Shown in pieces: positions 48,112-57,688 of a stretch of 64,000 nt of DNA; position 1 is the stretch's first letter, and every line of letters begins with the position of its first letter. This DNA is from Treponemataceae bacterium (GTDB lineage: Bacteria; Spirochaetota; Spirochaetia; Treponematales; Rectinemataceae). The notes beneath the pieces were generated by a model. The model searched no databases, was not told where the DNA came from, and was given only the letters and a program-made list of their open reading frames with translations. The stretch is taken from NCBI GenBank assembly GCA_963678065.2, contig CAXXVZ010000005.1, forward strand, positions 1,184,001-1,248,000. Reading direction: 5' to 3'. A program made the position numbers and the translations under genes.

Positions 48112-49134
48112 ATGGCGGGTAAAAACAGACCGAACCCCAAGATCAAGGACGTAGCAGCCCTGGCGGAGGTTTCGGTGACCACGGTCTCGCGGGTGCTCAA
48201 CGGGCATCCCTATGTGCGGCTGGAGCTGCGGGACAAAGTGGATGCGGCGATCAAGAGGCTGGGGTACTCGCCGAGCGCCATCGCAAGAAGTCTTGTCACG
48301 AAGAAGACGAACCTCATCGGGGTGATCGTGTCCGACATAAGCGCGAGCTTCTTTGCCACCATTCTGGGTTCCATAGAGGAGACCGCGAGCCGGATGGGCT
48401 ATTCGATTCTGGTGTGCAATATCATGGAGGACCTGAAGAAGGAACTGCGCTATCTCGAAATTTTCAAGAGCCTGCGCGTCGACGGTATCATCCTCATGCA
48501 CGAGGCTACGACGCAGGCGATAGCGCGTTTCATCACATCGATCGGCATCCCGGTGGTGCTCTCGAGCATAAAACCCGAAGGACTGCACTTCCCCCTGGTG
48601 AACATCGACGAGGAAGCGGCCGCCCGCGAGGCGACGGCCTACCTCGCGGATTGCGGGCACAGGCGGATCGGGCTCATCGGCGGAGAGTTGAACGATTCGA
48701 GTTCGAGCCTGCTGCGCTACCGGGGCTACTCGAAAGCTCTCGCGGAGAAGGGCCTTCCCTTCGACGAGTCGATCGTGCGCTTCGGGAACTACAAGATGCC
48801 CGACGGCTATCGCCTCATGGGAGAGCTCCTTGCTGCCGTGGAAAGGCCCACCGCGGTGTTCTGCCTGAGCGATGACATGGCTGCGGGCGCCATGAACCGC
48901 CTCGCCGACGAGGGACTCCATGTCCCCGGCGACATTTCGGTGATGGGCTTCGACGACAGCGCAATCGCATCCATGGTGAGGCCGGCTCTGACCACGATCC
49001 ATCAGCCCATCGCCGACATAGGCAGCGCCTCGGTGGAGATGCTGGTCAAGCGGATCATGGGCTCGGCCGATTCCATCAGCGAAATAATTCTCTCGCACTC
49101 CATCGTGGAGCGGGCGAGCTGCGGAAGGATATGA
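48112..49134 (+). CDS. LacI family transcriptional regulator
   Basis: IKDVAALAEVSVTTVSRVLN HTH, LGYSPS, GHRRIG, VPGDISVMGFDD, LTTIHQP. Confidence 0.95.
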   Translation: MAGKNRPNPKIKDVAALAEVSVTTVSRVLNGHPYVRLELRDKVDAAIKRLGYSPSAIARSLVTKKTNLIGVIVSDISASFFATILGSIEETASRMGYSILVCNIMEDLKKELRYLEIFKSLRVDGIILMHEATTQAIARFITSIGIPVVLSSIKPEGLHFPLVNIDEEAAAREATAYLADCGHRRIGLIGGELNDSSSSLLRYRGYSKALAEKGLPFDESIVRFGNYKMPDGYRLMGELLAAVERPTAVFCLSDDMAAGAMNRLADEGLHVPGDISVMGFDDSAIASMVRPALTTIHQPIADIGSASVEMLVKRIMGSADSISEIILSHSIVERASCGRI

Positions 49135-49163
49135 GGATCATGAAGAATCTTGAGGGCGATTCG

Positions 49164-49183
49164 ATATGGTATCGGTACCATAT
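49164..49183. promoter_or_regulatory. LacI-type operator palindrome
   Basis: ATATGGTATC/GGTACCATAT, 20 bp with one mismatched pair and central CG, just upstream of the kinase gene. Confidence 0.75.
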
Positions 49184-49201
49184 ATGAACCATGAAGGTGC
49201 G

Positions 49202-50293
49202 ATGACTCGGGAGTTCGACCTGCTTTTCCCGAGCGGGGCCAACATCGATATCATCGTGAACGGATTCTCCGCCATCCCTCCTCCGGGAAGCGAGGAGCGG
49301 GTGTCGTCCATCAGCATGCACACGGGCGGTGGCGGGGCTCTCTGCGCCCTCGGAGTGGCGAAGCTCGGGCTCAGGCCCGCTCTGTGGGGCATCATCGGCG
49401 ACGACCCGCTGGGCAAGTTCCTCGAAGACGAGCTCGCGGGCGCGGGGGTCACGACTTTCCTTTCGCATGATCCTGAGGCCAGGACGGGTGTATCCATCGC
49501 CTTCAACCCCGAAACTGATCGGTCTTTCCTCACCTACGACGGCTCCTGCACCGATTTCAGCATAGGAAAACTCGATTCTTCACTCTTAGAGAGGACGAAG
49601 CATGTCCATCTCACGGGATACAGGGGACAGGTCAACCACGACGATGTCCTCGGCATCGTGGAGAAGGCGAGAGCTGCGGGCTGTACGGTTTCCCTCGACA
49701 TCGGATGGGACGACACGGGCGAGTGGCACGATAGGATATTCGAGGTGATCGACAGGGTCGACCTGTTCTTCTGCAACAGGATCGAGGCGCTCAACTACAC
49801 GCGGAAGGCCGATACCGGGGAGGCGCTGAAGGTCCTCGCCTCCCTCGGGGCGATGAGCGTGATCAAGCTCGCCTCGGAGGGCGCGATAGCCCTGGAGCGT
49901 GGGCGCGTCGTGAGTTCGCCCGCCTTTCCCGTGAAGGTCGTGGACACGACGGGCGCGGGCGACTCTTTCAACGCGGGCTTCCTCTTCGGCTGGCTTTCGC
50001 GGCTTTCCACCGCCGACTGCCTCTGTCTCGGCAATGCCTGCGGAGGGCTCTCCGTGACGAAGGCGGGAGGGAATTCCGCTTTCCCGCGCGCTTCGGAGCT
50101 GAGTGGATTCCTCGAAAGCTCGGGCCGGGTCGCGCCGGGCGGCGCTCTCTTGCGGCGGCTTTCGCGCGGCCTCGCAGACGGCCTCGCGGGCGGAATTGCG
50201 TCTGGTCGCGAGGAGGGCGGTCCGGACAGCCGCGCGGACGACGATTCGGGCGCCGCGGTCGCGGGCTTCCGAGAGGAAAGGAGCGAGGGATGA
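49202..50293 (+). CDS. PfkB family carbohydrate kinase
   Basis: GGG...AKLG, IGDDPLG, NRIEA, VVDTTGAGDSFNAG. Confidence 0.92.
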   Translation: MTREFDLLFPSGANIDIIVNGFSAIPPPGSEERVSSISMHTGGGGALCALGVAKLGLRPALWGIIGDDPLGKFLEDELAGAGVTTFLSHDPEARTGVSIAFNPETDRSFLTYDGSCTDFSIGKLDSSLLERTKHVHLTGYRGQVNHDDVLGIVEKARAAGCTVSLDIGWDDTGEWHDRIFEVIDRVDLFFCNRIEALNYTRKADTGEALKVLASLGAMSVIKLASEGAIALERGRVVSSPAFPVKVVDTTGAGDSFNAGFLFGWLSRLSTADCLCLGNACGGLSVTKAGGNSAFPRASELSGFLESSGRVAPGGALLRRLSRGLADGLAGGIASGREEGGPDSRADDDSGAAVAGFREERSEG

Positions 50294-51720
50294 AACTTGC
50301 GGTCATAGGCGGTGCGGGCGTGCGGATGGTCTTCCTCGCGCGGGGCGTCGCGGCGCGGGCGCGGGAAACGGGCATCGATACGCTCGTCCTCTTCGACATC
50401 GACGTGCAAAGGCTTTCGCTCATGGCGCCCCTGTGCAGAAGGGCGGCCGAACTCGAGGACCCAACGCTCGCCGTGCTCGCCGAGCCCGATCTCGACAAGG
50501 CGCTCTCGGGCGCGGGTGCGGTGATCACCACCTTCCGCGTGGGCGGCGACCACTCCCGCGTGCTGGACGAAGAACTGGCCGCGAAATTCGGCCTCCTGCC
50601 GCAGGAGACGACCGGCGTCGGCGGATTCTTCATGGCCTGCCGCACCATCCCCGTTCTGGCGAAATACTGCGCGCGCATCCAAGAAGTCGCGCCCACGGCC
50701 ATGGTGTTCAATTTCGCGAACCCTTCGGGCCTCGTCACCCAGGCGATGAACCTCGCGGGCTTCGGAAACCTGATCGGCATCTGCGACACGCCCTCGTCGA
50801 CGAACCTTCGAATCGCGGCAGAATTGGGCATGGATGTCGGGGATCTCGATTTCCGCTGGGCGGGTCTCAACCACCTCTCCTGGATTTTCAGCATTTTCCG
50901 CAATGGCGAAGATATCCTGCCCGAACTCATCGTGCGCGACGAGTTCCTGAAGGGAGTGCCTGAGCTCTCCATGTTCGAACCTGAGCTCATACGGAGTCTG
51001 GGCTGCCTGCCCAACGAGTATCTCTACTACTACTATTACCGGGAAAAGGCGGTTGCCAACATCCGCAAGGGCGCCGCGACCCGGGGGGCTTTCATAGAGG
51101 CGAATAACCTCGCGCTCTTCGAAGCCCTCGCCGCGGTCGACCCGGAACGGAATCCGGACAGGGGCCTCGCGCTCCACGCGCGGTTCATGAGGAAGCGCGA
51201 ATCGAGCTACATGTCCCTGGAGACGGGCTCGCAGAAGGCCGCGACCAACCAGACGGCCCCGATCCTGGAGGGACGCGATGCCGGAACGGGCGAGGTGCAG
51301 GGCTTCACGCACGATGCCGCGCAGGATGCTGCCCGGGACGGGGCCCAGGATGCGGCCCAGGATGGGGTGGGCTACGCCAAAGTCGTGCTCGATTACCTTT
51401 CTGCGAGGGCCACGGGCGCGGAGTCGAAGATGGTCCTGTCTGTTCCATCGCGCGGGGTCCTGCCCTTCCTCAGGAGCGAGGATGTCGCGGAAATAAGCTG
51501 TACGACCGCGGGCCCGGCTCTCCGGCCCCTGGATCCGGGCAGGGTTCCCGAGCATGCGGCTCTGCTCTGCGCCCAGGTGAAGCTTTTCGAGCGCCATGCG
51601 GCAAAGGCCGCCCTCGAAGGCTCGCGATCGAGCGCGATCGAGGCGCTCATGGCGCACCCGCTCATTGGTTCCTATTCCCTGGCGACTGCCCTCGTGGATG
51701 AGGGCTTTGTCGGGGATTGA
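50290..51720 (+). CDS. glycoside hydrolase family 4 (6-phospho-glucosidase-like)
   Basis: MKLAVIGGAG, RVGG, QETTGVGG, NFANP, GICD, GLNHLSW, LPNEYLYYYY, ALMAHPLI. Confidence 0.9.
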   Translation: MKLAVIGGAGVRMVFLARGVAARARETGIDTLVLFDIDVQRLSLMAPLCRRAAELEDPTLAVLAEPDLDKALSGAGAVITTFRVGGDHSRVLDEELAAKFGLLPQETTGVGGFFMACRTIPVLAKYCARIQEVAPTAMVFNFANPSGLVTQAMNLAGFGNLIGICDTPSSTNLRIAAELGMDVGDLDFRWAGLNHLSWIFSIFRNGEDILPELIVRDEFLKGVPELSMFEPELIRSLGCLPNEYLYYYYYREKAVANIRKGAATRGAFIEANNLALFEALAAVDPERNPDRGLALHARFMRKRESSYMSLETGSQKAATNQTAPILEGRDAGTGEVQGFTHDAAQDAARDGAQDAAQDGVGYAKVVLDYLSARATGAESKMVLSVPSRGVLPFLRSEDVAEISCTTAGPALRPLDPGRVPEHAALLCAQVKLFERHAAKAALEGSRSSAIEALMAHPLIGSYSLATALVDEGFVGD

Positions 51721-51769
51721 TCTCGTTGGCGTTCGCCTTCGCAGAGTCGGGGGCGAAAAGGAGGATTGA

Positions 51770-52762
51770 ATGAAACGTATTCATGTGACGGCGCTTGTCG
51801 TCTGCCTCGCTCTGGCGGTGATTGTTCCCTTCGCCGCGGCGCAGACAGGCAAAGCGGTCTCCGGGAGAGTGGTGCTCTATACCGGCAACGGTACGGAGAT
51901 CACCGATCCCCTCCTCGCGGGATTCAAGAAAGCCTATCCGAACATCCAGGTCGAAATCGTCAAGGCCGGGTCGGGCGAGCTTCTGGCCCGCATCAAAGCC
52001 GAGAAAGGAAACCCGGGCGGCGACATCCTGTGGGGAGGCGAGCCCCTGCTCTTCGAGTCCAACGCCGAATATTTCGAGGCCTACGATTCGCCCGCCGACA
52101 AAGCCATGATCAGGCAGGATTCCAAAAAGATATGGCATCTCTGGTCCTTCATGCCCCAGGCCATCATGGTCAACACTAACCTCATCAAGAACCAGGCGGA
52201 CTGGCCCAAGACGATCAAGGAACTGGCCGATCCCAAGTGGAAGAAGGTCGGAAAGATCGCCCTGGCCGACCCCAACAAGTCGGGCACCGGCGCGACCCTC
52301 GTCAATGGCTTCGCCTCGATCTACGACTGGGATTTCGTCGAGCAGCTCCTCAAGAACTGCGAGATATCCCCCGGATCCGACGCGATGTTCGCGGCGGTCA
52401 AGGACGGCGCGGTGCCGCTCGGCTTCATCAATGAAGATCTTGGCGCCAAGTGGGAGCAGCTTAATCTGCCCATCAAGATGATTTTCCCCGCCGACGGCAT
52501 CACCAACACCCTCGACGCTCTCGCGATCATCGCGGGAGCCAAGAACAAGGACGCCGCCCACGCCTTCGTCGACTGGGTCGGCTCCAAGGATGCCCACGAG
52601 ATTCTGCGCAACCCGATTCTGCGCCGCTCGTGTCGCACCGATGTGGCTCCCCCTCTCGGTCTCATCGACTTGAGCAAGTACAAGATCGCCGTCATGCAGA
52701 GCAGGACCCGCGACGAGATTTCGAAGAACTTCAACCTCAGGCTCGAAGCGGCCCGCAAGTAA
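51770..52762 (+). CDS. ABC transporter substrate-binding protein (AfuA/FbpA family)
   Basis: Signal peptide, GSGELLARIKAEKGNPGGDILWGG, ADPNKSGT, PADG; GAGGA SD. Confidence 0.88.
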   Translation: MKRIHVTALVVCLALAVIVPFAAAQTGKAVSGRVVLYTGNGTEITDPLLAGFKKAYPNIQVEIVKAGSGELLARIKAEKGNPGGDILWGGEPLLFESNAEYFEAYDSPADKAMIRQDSKKIWHLWSFMPQAIMVNTNLIKNQADWPKTIKELADPKWKKVGKIALADPNKSGTGATLVNGFASIYDWDFVEQLLKNCEISPGSDAMFAAVKDGAVPLGFINEDLGAKWEQLNLPIKMIFPADGITNTLDALAIIAGAKNKDAAHAFVDWVGSKDAHEILRNPILRRSCRTDVAPPLGLIDLSKYKIAVMQSRTRDEISKNFNLRLEAARK

Positions 52763-52786
52763 TTTTCCGGATAAGGGGAGACGAGT

Positions 52787-54472
52787 ATGGCGTTTGCCGG
52801 AAGAGGCATCCGAAAGGCTTTGCGCGATCCGTGGTTTTTCTTCAGCATTCTCTGCATCTTCGCCGCGGCGCTCTTGATCGTCCTCCCCCTGTTCAGGGTT
52901 GTCGCCGAGTCGCTCGTCAGGGCGGCCGGCGGCTCCCGGCTTTCGAACTATGTCACCTTTTTCACCAAGAAGAAGTACCTGACGGCCCTCTTCAACTCCA
53001 TGAAGGTGGTCGTCCTGTCCTCCGGTTTCGCGGCGCTGATCGCCGTGCCCTTCGCTTATTTCCTCTCGCGCCACGAGATGAAGTCCAAGAACACCATCCT
53101 TACCCTCATCACCATGGCGACGGCATCGCCTCCCTTTCTGGGCGCCTATGCCTGGGTCATCCTCATGGGACGCTACGGCGCCCTCAACAGGCTCGTCATG
53201 TTTCTTATCCACAAGGATGTCGCGTTCAAGCTGCGGGGCGAGTCGGGAGTGGTGTGGGTCATCATGTGGCTCGTCTTCCCGATCATTTTCCTTCTGACCT
53301 TCGATTCCTTCTCCGGCGAGGATCTCTCCCACCGGGAAGCCTCGATGAGCCTGGGCGCCAACCGTTTTAAGACATTCTGGAGAATCGAGCTTCCGCTCGC
53401 GGCGCCGGGCCTTCTCACGGGACTCCTCATGGCCGCTCTCGCCGCATTCTCGGACTTCGGCACTCCCTCGATCATCGGAGGCGAGTACCCGGTCCTTCCC
53501 ACCCTCATCTACGGAGAGTTCGTGAGCGAGATGGGCGGAAACCTGTCGATGGCGTCCACAGCGGGCATGATCATGGTCTTCATCTCCACGCTGGCCCTGG
53601 TGGGCCAGAGGATCAGCCTCGCGAGCAAATCATTCGCCTCGGTGTCGTCGAGGTCGCAGAGACTTCCTGCGCCCAAAGGCGGCGCGAGATTCGGAATTCC
53701 GCTTTTTGCCGCAGTCATTCTCGTGTTTTCCTTCCTGCCTCACGTGACCTTGCTCGTCATCTCATTCATGCAGTGGAAATGGGGCATTCTCATGCCTGCC
53801 TTCACCTTCGAAAACTACGGAAAGCTGTTCGCGAACAACCTCTCGCCGGTTGGCATGAGCTTTTTTCTCGGGGGGCTAGCCACCCTCCTCGATGTCGTCT
53901 TCGGCATAGGCATAGCCTATCTCATCGTCAAGAAGCGGTACCGCTTCTCAGCAGCCTTCCTCAATTTCGTCATCATGGTGCCCTATGTGATTCCGGGCAT
54001 CGTGCTCGCGGTCGGCTTCATCATCCAGTTCAACAGGCCGCCCATCCTGATCACAGGAACCTGGCTCATTCTCGTCCTCGCCTACTTCATCCGCAAGCTT
54101 CCGTACTCCGTGAAGAGCGCCGAATCCTCGCTCTACCAGGTCCACCCCGCGCTCGAGGAGGCGGCGCTGATGTGCGGGGCCAGGCCCTTCACCGCCTTCA
54201 AGGATATCACCTTCAAGCTGATACTGGGCGGCGTGATCTCGGGCGCGACGCTCTCCTTTCTCCAGATAATGACCGAGCTCAGCACGACGGTGATTCTCTA
54301 CAGGGCGCCGTGGATCACGATGCCTATCGTCATATTCCAGAACGCCATGACGGCGGGGGCCGATTTCGGGATTTCGGCATCCATGGGCGTGTTGCTCATG
54401 GTCTGCATCTACGTGCCACTCGCCTTCGTGAACAGAAAGTCCCGGGGCATTTCCTACAGTGGAGGCTACTGA
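52787..54472 (+). CDS. ABC transporter permease (AfuB/FbpB family, duplicated domain)
   Basis: PPFLGAYAW, EASMSLGA, DFGTP, LEEAALMCGA. Confidence 0.9.
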   Translation: MAFAGRGIRKALRDPWFFFSILCIFAAALLIVLPLFRVVAESLVRAAGGSRLSNYVTFFTKKKYLTALFNSMKVVVLSSGFAALIAVPFAYFLSRHEMKSKNTILTLITMATASPPFLGAYAWVILMGRYGALNRLVMFLIHKDVAFKLRGESGVVWVIMWLVFPIIFLLTFDSFSGEDLSHREASMSLGANRFKTFWRIELPLAAPGLLTGLLMAALAAFSDFGTPSIIGGEYPVLPTLIYGEFVSEMGGNLSMASTAGMIMVFISTLALVGQRISLASKSFASVSSRSQRLPAPKGGARFGIPLFAAVILVFSFLPHVTLLVISFMQWKWGILMPAFTFENYGKLFANNLSPVGMSFFLGGLATLLDVVFGIGIAYLIVKKRYRFSAAFLNFVIMVPYVIPGIVLAVGFIIQFNRPPILITGTWLILVLAYFIRKLPYSVKSAESSLYQVHPALEEAALMCGARPFTAFKDITFKLILGGVISGATLSFLQIMTELSTTVILYRAPWITMPIVIFQNAMTAGADFGISASMGVLLMVCIYVPLAFVNRKSRGISYSGGY

Positions 54473-54473
54473 A

Positions 54474-55610
54474 ATGAACAGCAGCGACGGAAAGGCTGAG
54501 AGCGCGGCGCGCGGCCCGGCCTCCGGCACAAACCCCGGCAGGGCGGAATCGACGACGATACGGATAGAGCGCCTCCACAAGGATTTCGGCCAGGGCGATG
54601 TGCTCAAAGGCGTCGACATCGAGATCAGGCCGGGAGAATTTTTCACCCTTCTCGGCTCTTCCGGCTGCGGCAAGACGACTCTCCTGCGCTGTATCTCCGG
54701 ATTCGAAAAACCCAGCTCTGGCAGAATACTCTTCAGCGGGAAGGACATCACGGCCCTGAACCCCTGGGAGCGCGATGTGGGCTTCGTGTTCCAGAACTAC
54801 GCTCTCTGGCCCCACCTCACCGTCTTCGAAAACATCGCCTACGGACTCAGGATGCGAAAACGCAGCAAAAACGAAATCGGCGCGAAGGTCCGGGAGTCGC
54901 TCGAGATGATAGGTCTGCCCGGCCTCGAGGCCCGCTATCCGGGCCAGCTTTCGGGCGGCCAGCAGCAGCGCGTCGCGATCGCGCGCGCCCTGGTTTTCAA
55001 TCCCCGGGTCCTTCTGCTCGACGAACCCCTTTCCAACCTCGATGCCAAGCTCCGCGTGAAGATGCGGGCGGATATCCACGACCTCCAGAAGCATCTGGGC
55101 ATCACGAGCGTCTACGTGACCCACGACCAGGAGGAGGCTCTCGAGATTTCCGACAGGATCGCCGTCATCGAGAGCGGCGTGGTCAGGCAGGTAGGCAGCC
55201 CCTCCGAAGTCTACGAGCGGCCCGCGGATCGCTTCACGGCGGGCTTCGTGGGCAAGACCAATTTCATCGAAGGCGCCCGCGGCCGGGCCTCCTTCGTCGC
55301 CGCTTCGGGCATGGTGCTTCCTCTGCCGGATGAGACGCGGCAGCCGGAAGGCGCGGACGGGACTCCGGAGGCGGGGGGCGCCGTGACGCTCTGTTTCAGG
55401 CCCGAAAATATCGTAGCCGCCGGGTTGGACGAGGCTGGTTTCGTGGCAGAGGTGCGGGAAACCGTCTATCTGGGCAATTCCTTCCAGCACATCCTCGGGC
55501 TGGAGGACGGCAATCTCGTCACCATGGAGTGCAAGACGAAGCTCGATCCGGGCAAAAAAATGAAGTTCCGCATCGAAAAGTGCATTTTCCTCCCCAAGGA
55601 GCGGCCATGA
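54474..55610 (+). CDS. ABC transporter ATP-binding protein (AfuC/PotA family)
   Basis: GSSGCGKT, FQNYALWPH, LSGGQQQR, LLLDEPLSNLD, YVTHDQEEA. Confidence 0.93.
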   Translation: MNSSDGKAESAARGPASGTNPGRAESTTIRIERLHKDFGQGDVLKGVDIEIRPGEFFTLLGSSGCGKTTLLRCISGFEKPSSGRILFSGKDITALNPWERDVGFVFQNYALWPHLTVFENIAYGLRMRKRSKNEIGAKVRESLEMIGLPGLEARYPGQLSGGQQQRVAIARALVFNPRVLLLDEPLSNLDAKLRVKMRADIHDLQKHLGITSVYVTHDQEEALEISDRIAVIESGVVRQVGSPSEVYERPADRFTAGFVGKTNFIEGARGRASFVAASGMVLPLPDETRQPEGADGTPEAGGAVTLCFRPENIVAAGLDEAGFVAEVRETVYLGNSFQHILGLEDGNLVTMECKTKLDPGKKMKFRIEKCIFLPKERP

Positions 55611-56575
55611 TGGAGAAACGCGGCAACCCGGTCGGGCTGAGCACGAACGCGGACATGATCGACGGCTCTCTGGAGCGATTTTCCGGGCAGCTCAAGGCGG
55701 TGGCCGATTCGGGGGCCGATTACGCGGAGATCATCCTCCACGCGCTCGACCTCGTCGTGAACGGCGCCCTCCACCCCGGGCGGCTCAAGAACGTGAAGCG
55801 GATCTGCGCCTCGTTTCCGCTCTCCTACACCATTCACCTGCCCTTTGCCCTCAATCTGCTCGATCCCGAACGGGGCGAGAGTCACCTTTCGGTATTCCGC
55901 GCGGGCCTCACCCTCGCCTCGGAACTCGGCTGCCCCGCCGTCGTGTACCACGCGAGTTCGGCGCTCCTGTCGCCCGGGCTCGTGGAGAGCTTCTACGCCC
56001 CGAGATACGGGACCGCTGAGCCTGAGCGCCTCGAAAAGCTCCTGTTTGCCGAGGATGCCGAGCTCCTCTCGGCGCTCGCGGAAGAAGCCGCGGCCCTGGG
56101 CGTGTCCATCGGGGTCGAGAACCCCCTGCGGTACGATCTCGCCCGGCTCGTGTGCTACGGCACGATGCCGGCCGGGCTCGCGGCCCAGGTGCGCGCCGTC
56201 GGAAAGAAGAACCTGGGAGTCACGCTGGACTTCGGCCACCTCTACCTCGGCTCGAAGCTTCTGGGCTTCGATTACCTGGACGCGGTGAAGACTCTCGCGC
56301 CGCTCGCCCTGCACGCCCACATCCACGACAACTTCGGGAAGCCCGACAAGGGCGAGGCATACATCCATCGCCTTCTCTACGGTCTCGGCGACCTCCACCT
56401 GCCGCCCGGAGAAGGCTCGATACCCCTCGACGCGGCTTTGGATATCCTCGCGGGTTCGGGCTACGCGGGGATATTGATGCTCGAAATAGAGTTCCGCTTC
56501 CACGAGGAGTTCGAAAGGCATGTGCGCAGGATGCGGGAAAGATATCCGGGCCGGCAACGGCAAAGCCGGGGCTGA
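55607..56575 (+). CDS. sugar phosphate isomerase/epimerase (xylose-isomerase-like TIM barrel)
   Basis: GVEN, TLDFGH, HIHDNFG, DLHLPPGEG, MLE metal ligands; ATGA overlap. Confidence 0.85.
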   Translation: MMEKRGNPVGLSTNADMIDGSLERFSGQLKAVADSGADYAEIILHALDLVVNGALHPGRLKNVKRICASFPLSYTIHLPFALNLLDPERGESHLSVFRAGLTLASELGCPAVVYHASSALLSPGLVESFYAPRYGTAEPERLEKLLFAEDAELLSALAEEAAALGVSIGVENPLRYDLARLVCYGTMPAGLAAQVRAVGKKNLGVTLDFGHLYLGSKLLGFDYLDAVKTLAPLALHAHIHDNFGKPDKGEAYIHRLLYGLGDLHLPPGEGSIPLDAALDILAGSGYAGILMLEIEFRFHEEFERHVRRMRERYPGRQRQSRG

Positions 56576-56722
56576 AGGTTCCGGCTGCCTGTACGTCGTT
56601 GACGCCACGGGATGTGTGGAGTAGCATCTTTTCATCAGAGGCTTCGTCCATTCCGGCCCGGACGGCGTGGACGATCGCGGCGCATCGACTGTCGGATTCC
56701 CGTTCCGGGAAAGGATACGCAC

Positions 56723-57607
56723 ATGAACCTGCTCGCGATCGGAGCGCTGCTGATCGGCAGTCTGGCCTGTGTCGTCGAAGCTCCCGCGCTTCAGAATCCT
56801 CAGGTTCCCGACGGGCAAGACCAGACAGTCCGTGTCGGCGATATCGGTGTCGGCTATCGGGTTTACGGAAATGGCTATCCCCTCGTCATGATCATGGGCT
56901 ACGGAAGTACGATGCAGCTCTGGGAGCCGGCTCTGATCCGTACGCTCTCATCCCGTTACAAAGTCATCGTTTTCGATAACAGGGGCATGGGAAACACCGA
57001 ATCGGGACAGAAGGAATTTACCATCGGACAGTTCGCGGACGATACCGCCGGCCTCATGGAAGCGCTGGGCATAGCGCAGGCCCATGTGCTCGGATGGTCC
57101 ATGGGCTCGCTGATCGCGCAGGAACTCGTCCTGCGGCATCCGGAAAAGGTGAACCGCCTGGTCCTGTACGCGGCCCACTGCGACGCGGCGATGTTCCCGC
57201 CTGCGCCCGAGATTCTGCAGAAAATGACAGACAGCTCCGGCACTCCCGAAGAACAGGGCATGCGGTATATCAGTGTACTCTTTCCCGCGCAGTGGCTCCG
57301 GAGCAACGGGCAGCGGATCCGCGAAGTGTTTTACAGGCCGATGGGAAACATCTCCGGAGAGAGCGTGGGCAGGCAGGGCATGGCGATCGGCGAATGGAAG
57401 GGTTCGACAGACCGCCTGGGCGCGATAGGCGTGCCCGTACTCCTTCTTGCCGGCGCGGAAGACCAGCTGGTCCCTGTGCGCAACTCGCAGTTCATGTCCG
57501 GAAAAATCCCCGGAGCGAAATTGACCCTCGTCGAAAACGGCGGCCACGGCCTCATGTTCCAGTATCCGGACTTGTTCTGCGAAAAGGTCTTCGGTTTTCT
57601 CGAGTGA
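56723..57607 (+). CDS. alpha/beta hydrolase, possible lipoprotein
   Basis: FDNRGMG, GWSMG nucleophile elbow, GAEDQLV, GGHG; N-terminus MNLLAIGALLIGSLAC ends in a lipobox-like LAC. Confidence 0.85.
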   Translation: MNLLAIGALLIGSLACVVEAPALQNPQVPDGQDQTVRVGDIGVGYRVYGNGYPLVMIMGYGSTMQLWEPALIRTLSSRYKVIVFDNRGMGNTESGQKEFTIGQFADDTAGLMEALGIAQAHVLGWSMGSLIAQELVLRHPEKVNRLVLYAAHCDAAMFPPAPEILQKMTDSSGTPEEQGMRYISVLFPAQWLRSNGQRIREVFYRPMGNISGESVGRQGMAIGEWKGSTDRLGAIGVPVLLLAGAEDQLVPVRNSQFMSGKIPGAKLTLVENGGHGLMFQYPDLFCEKVFGFLE

Positions 57608-57688
57608 TGCTGGAGACGCCGGAAAAGCGCCTGAGAAGCGACCTCTATCCTCCCCGTGCGGGAGCGAAGCAGTCACCGCCGGCAACAG

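Noticed and set aside
51305..51366. Short repeats as a CRISPR array or contingency locus
   Set aside because: These are degenerate 12-nt in-frame coding repeats without spacers, and no cas genes are present.
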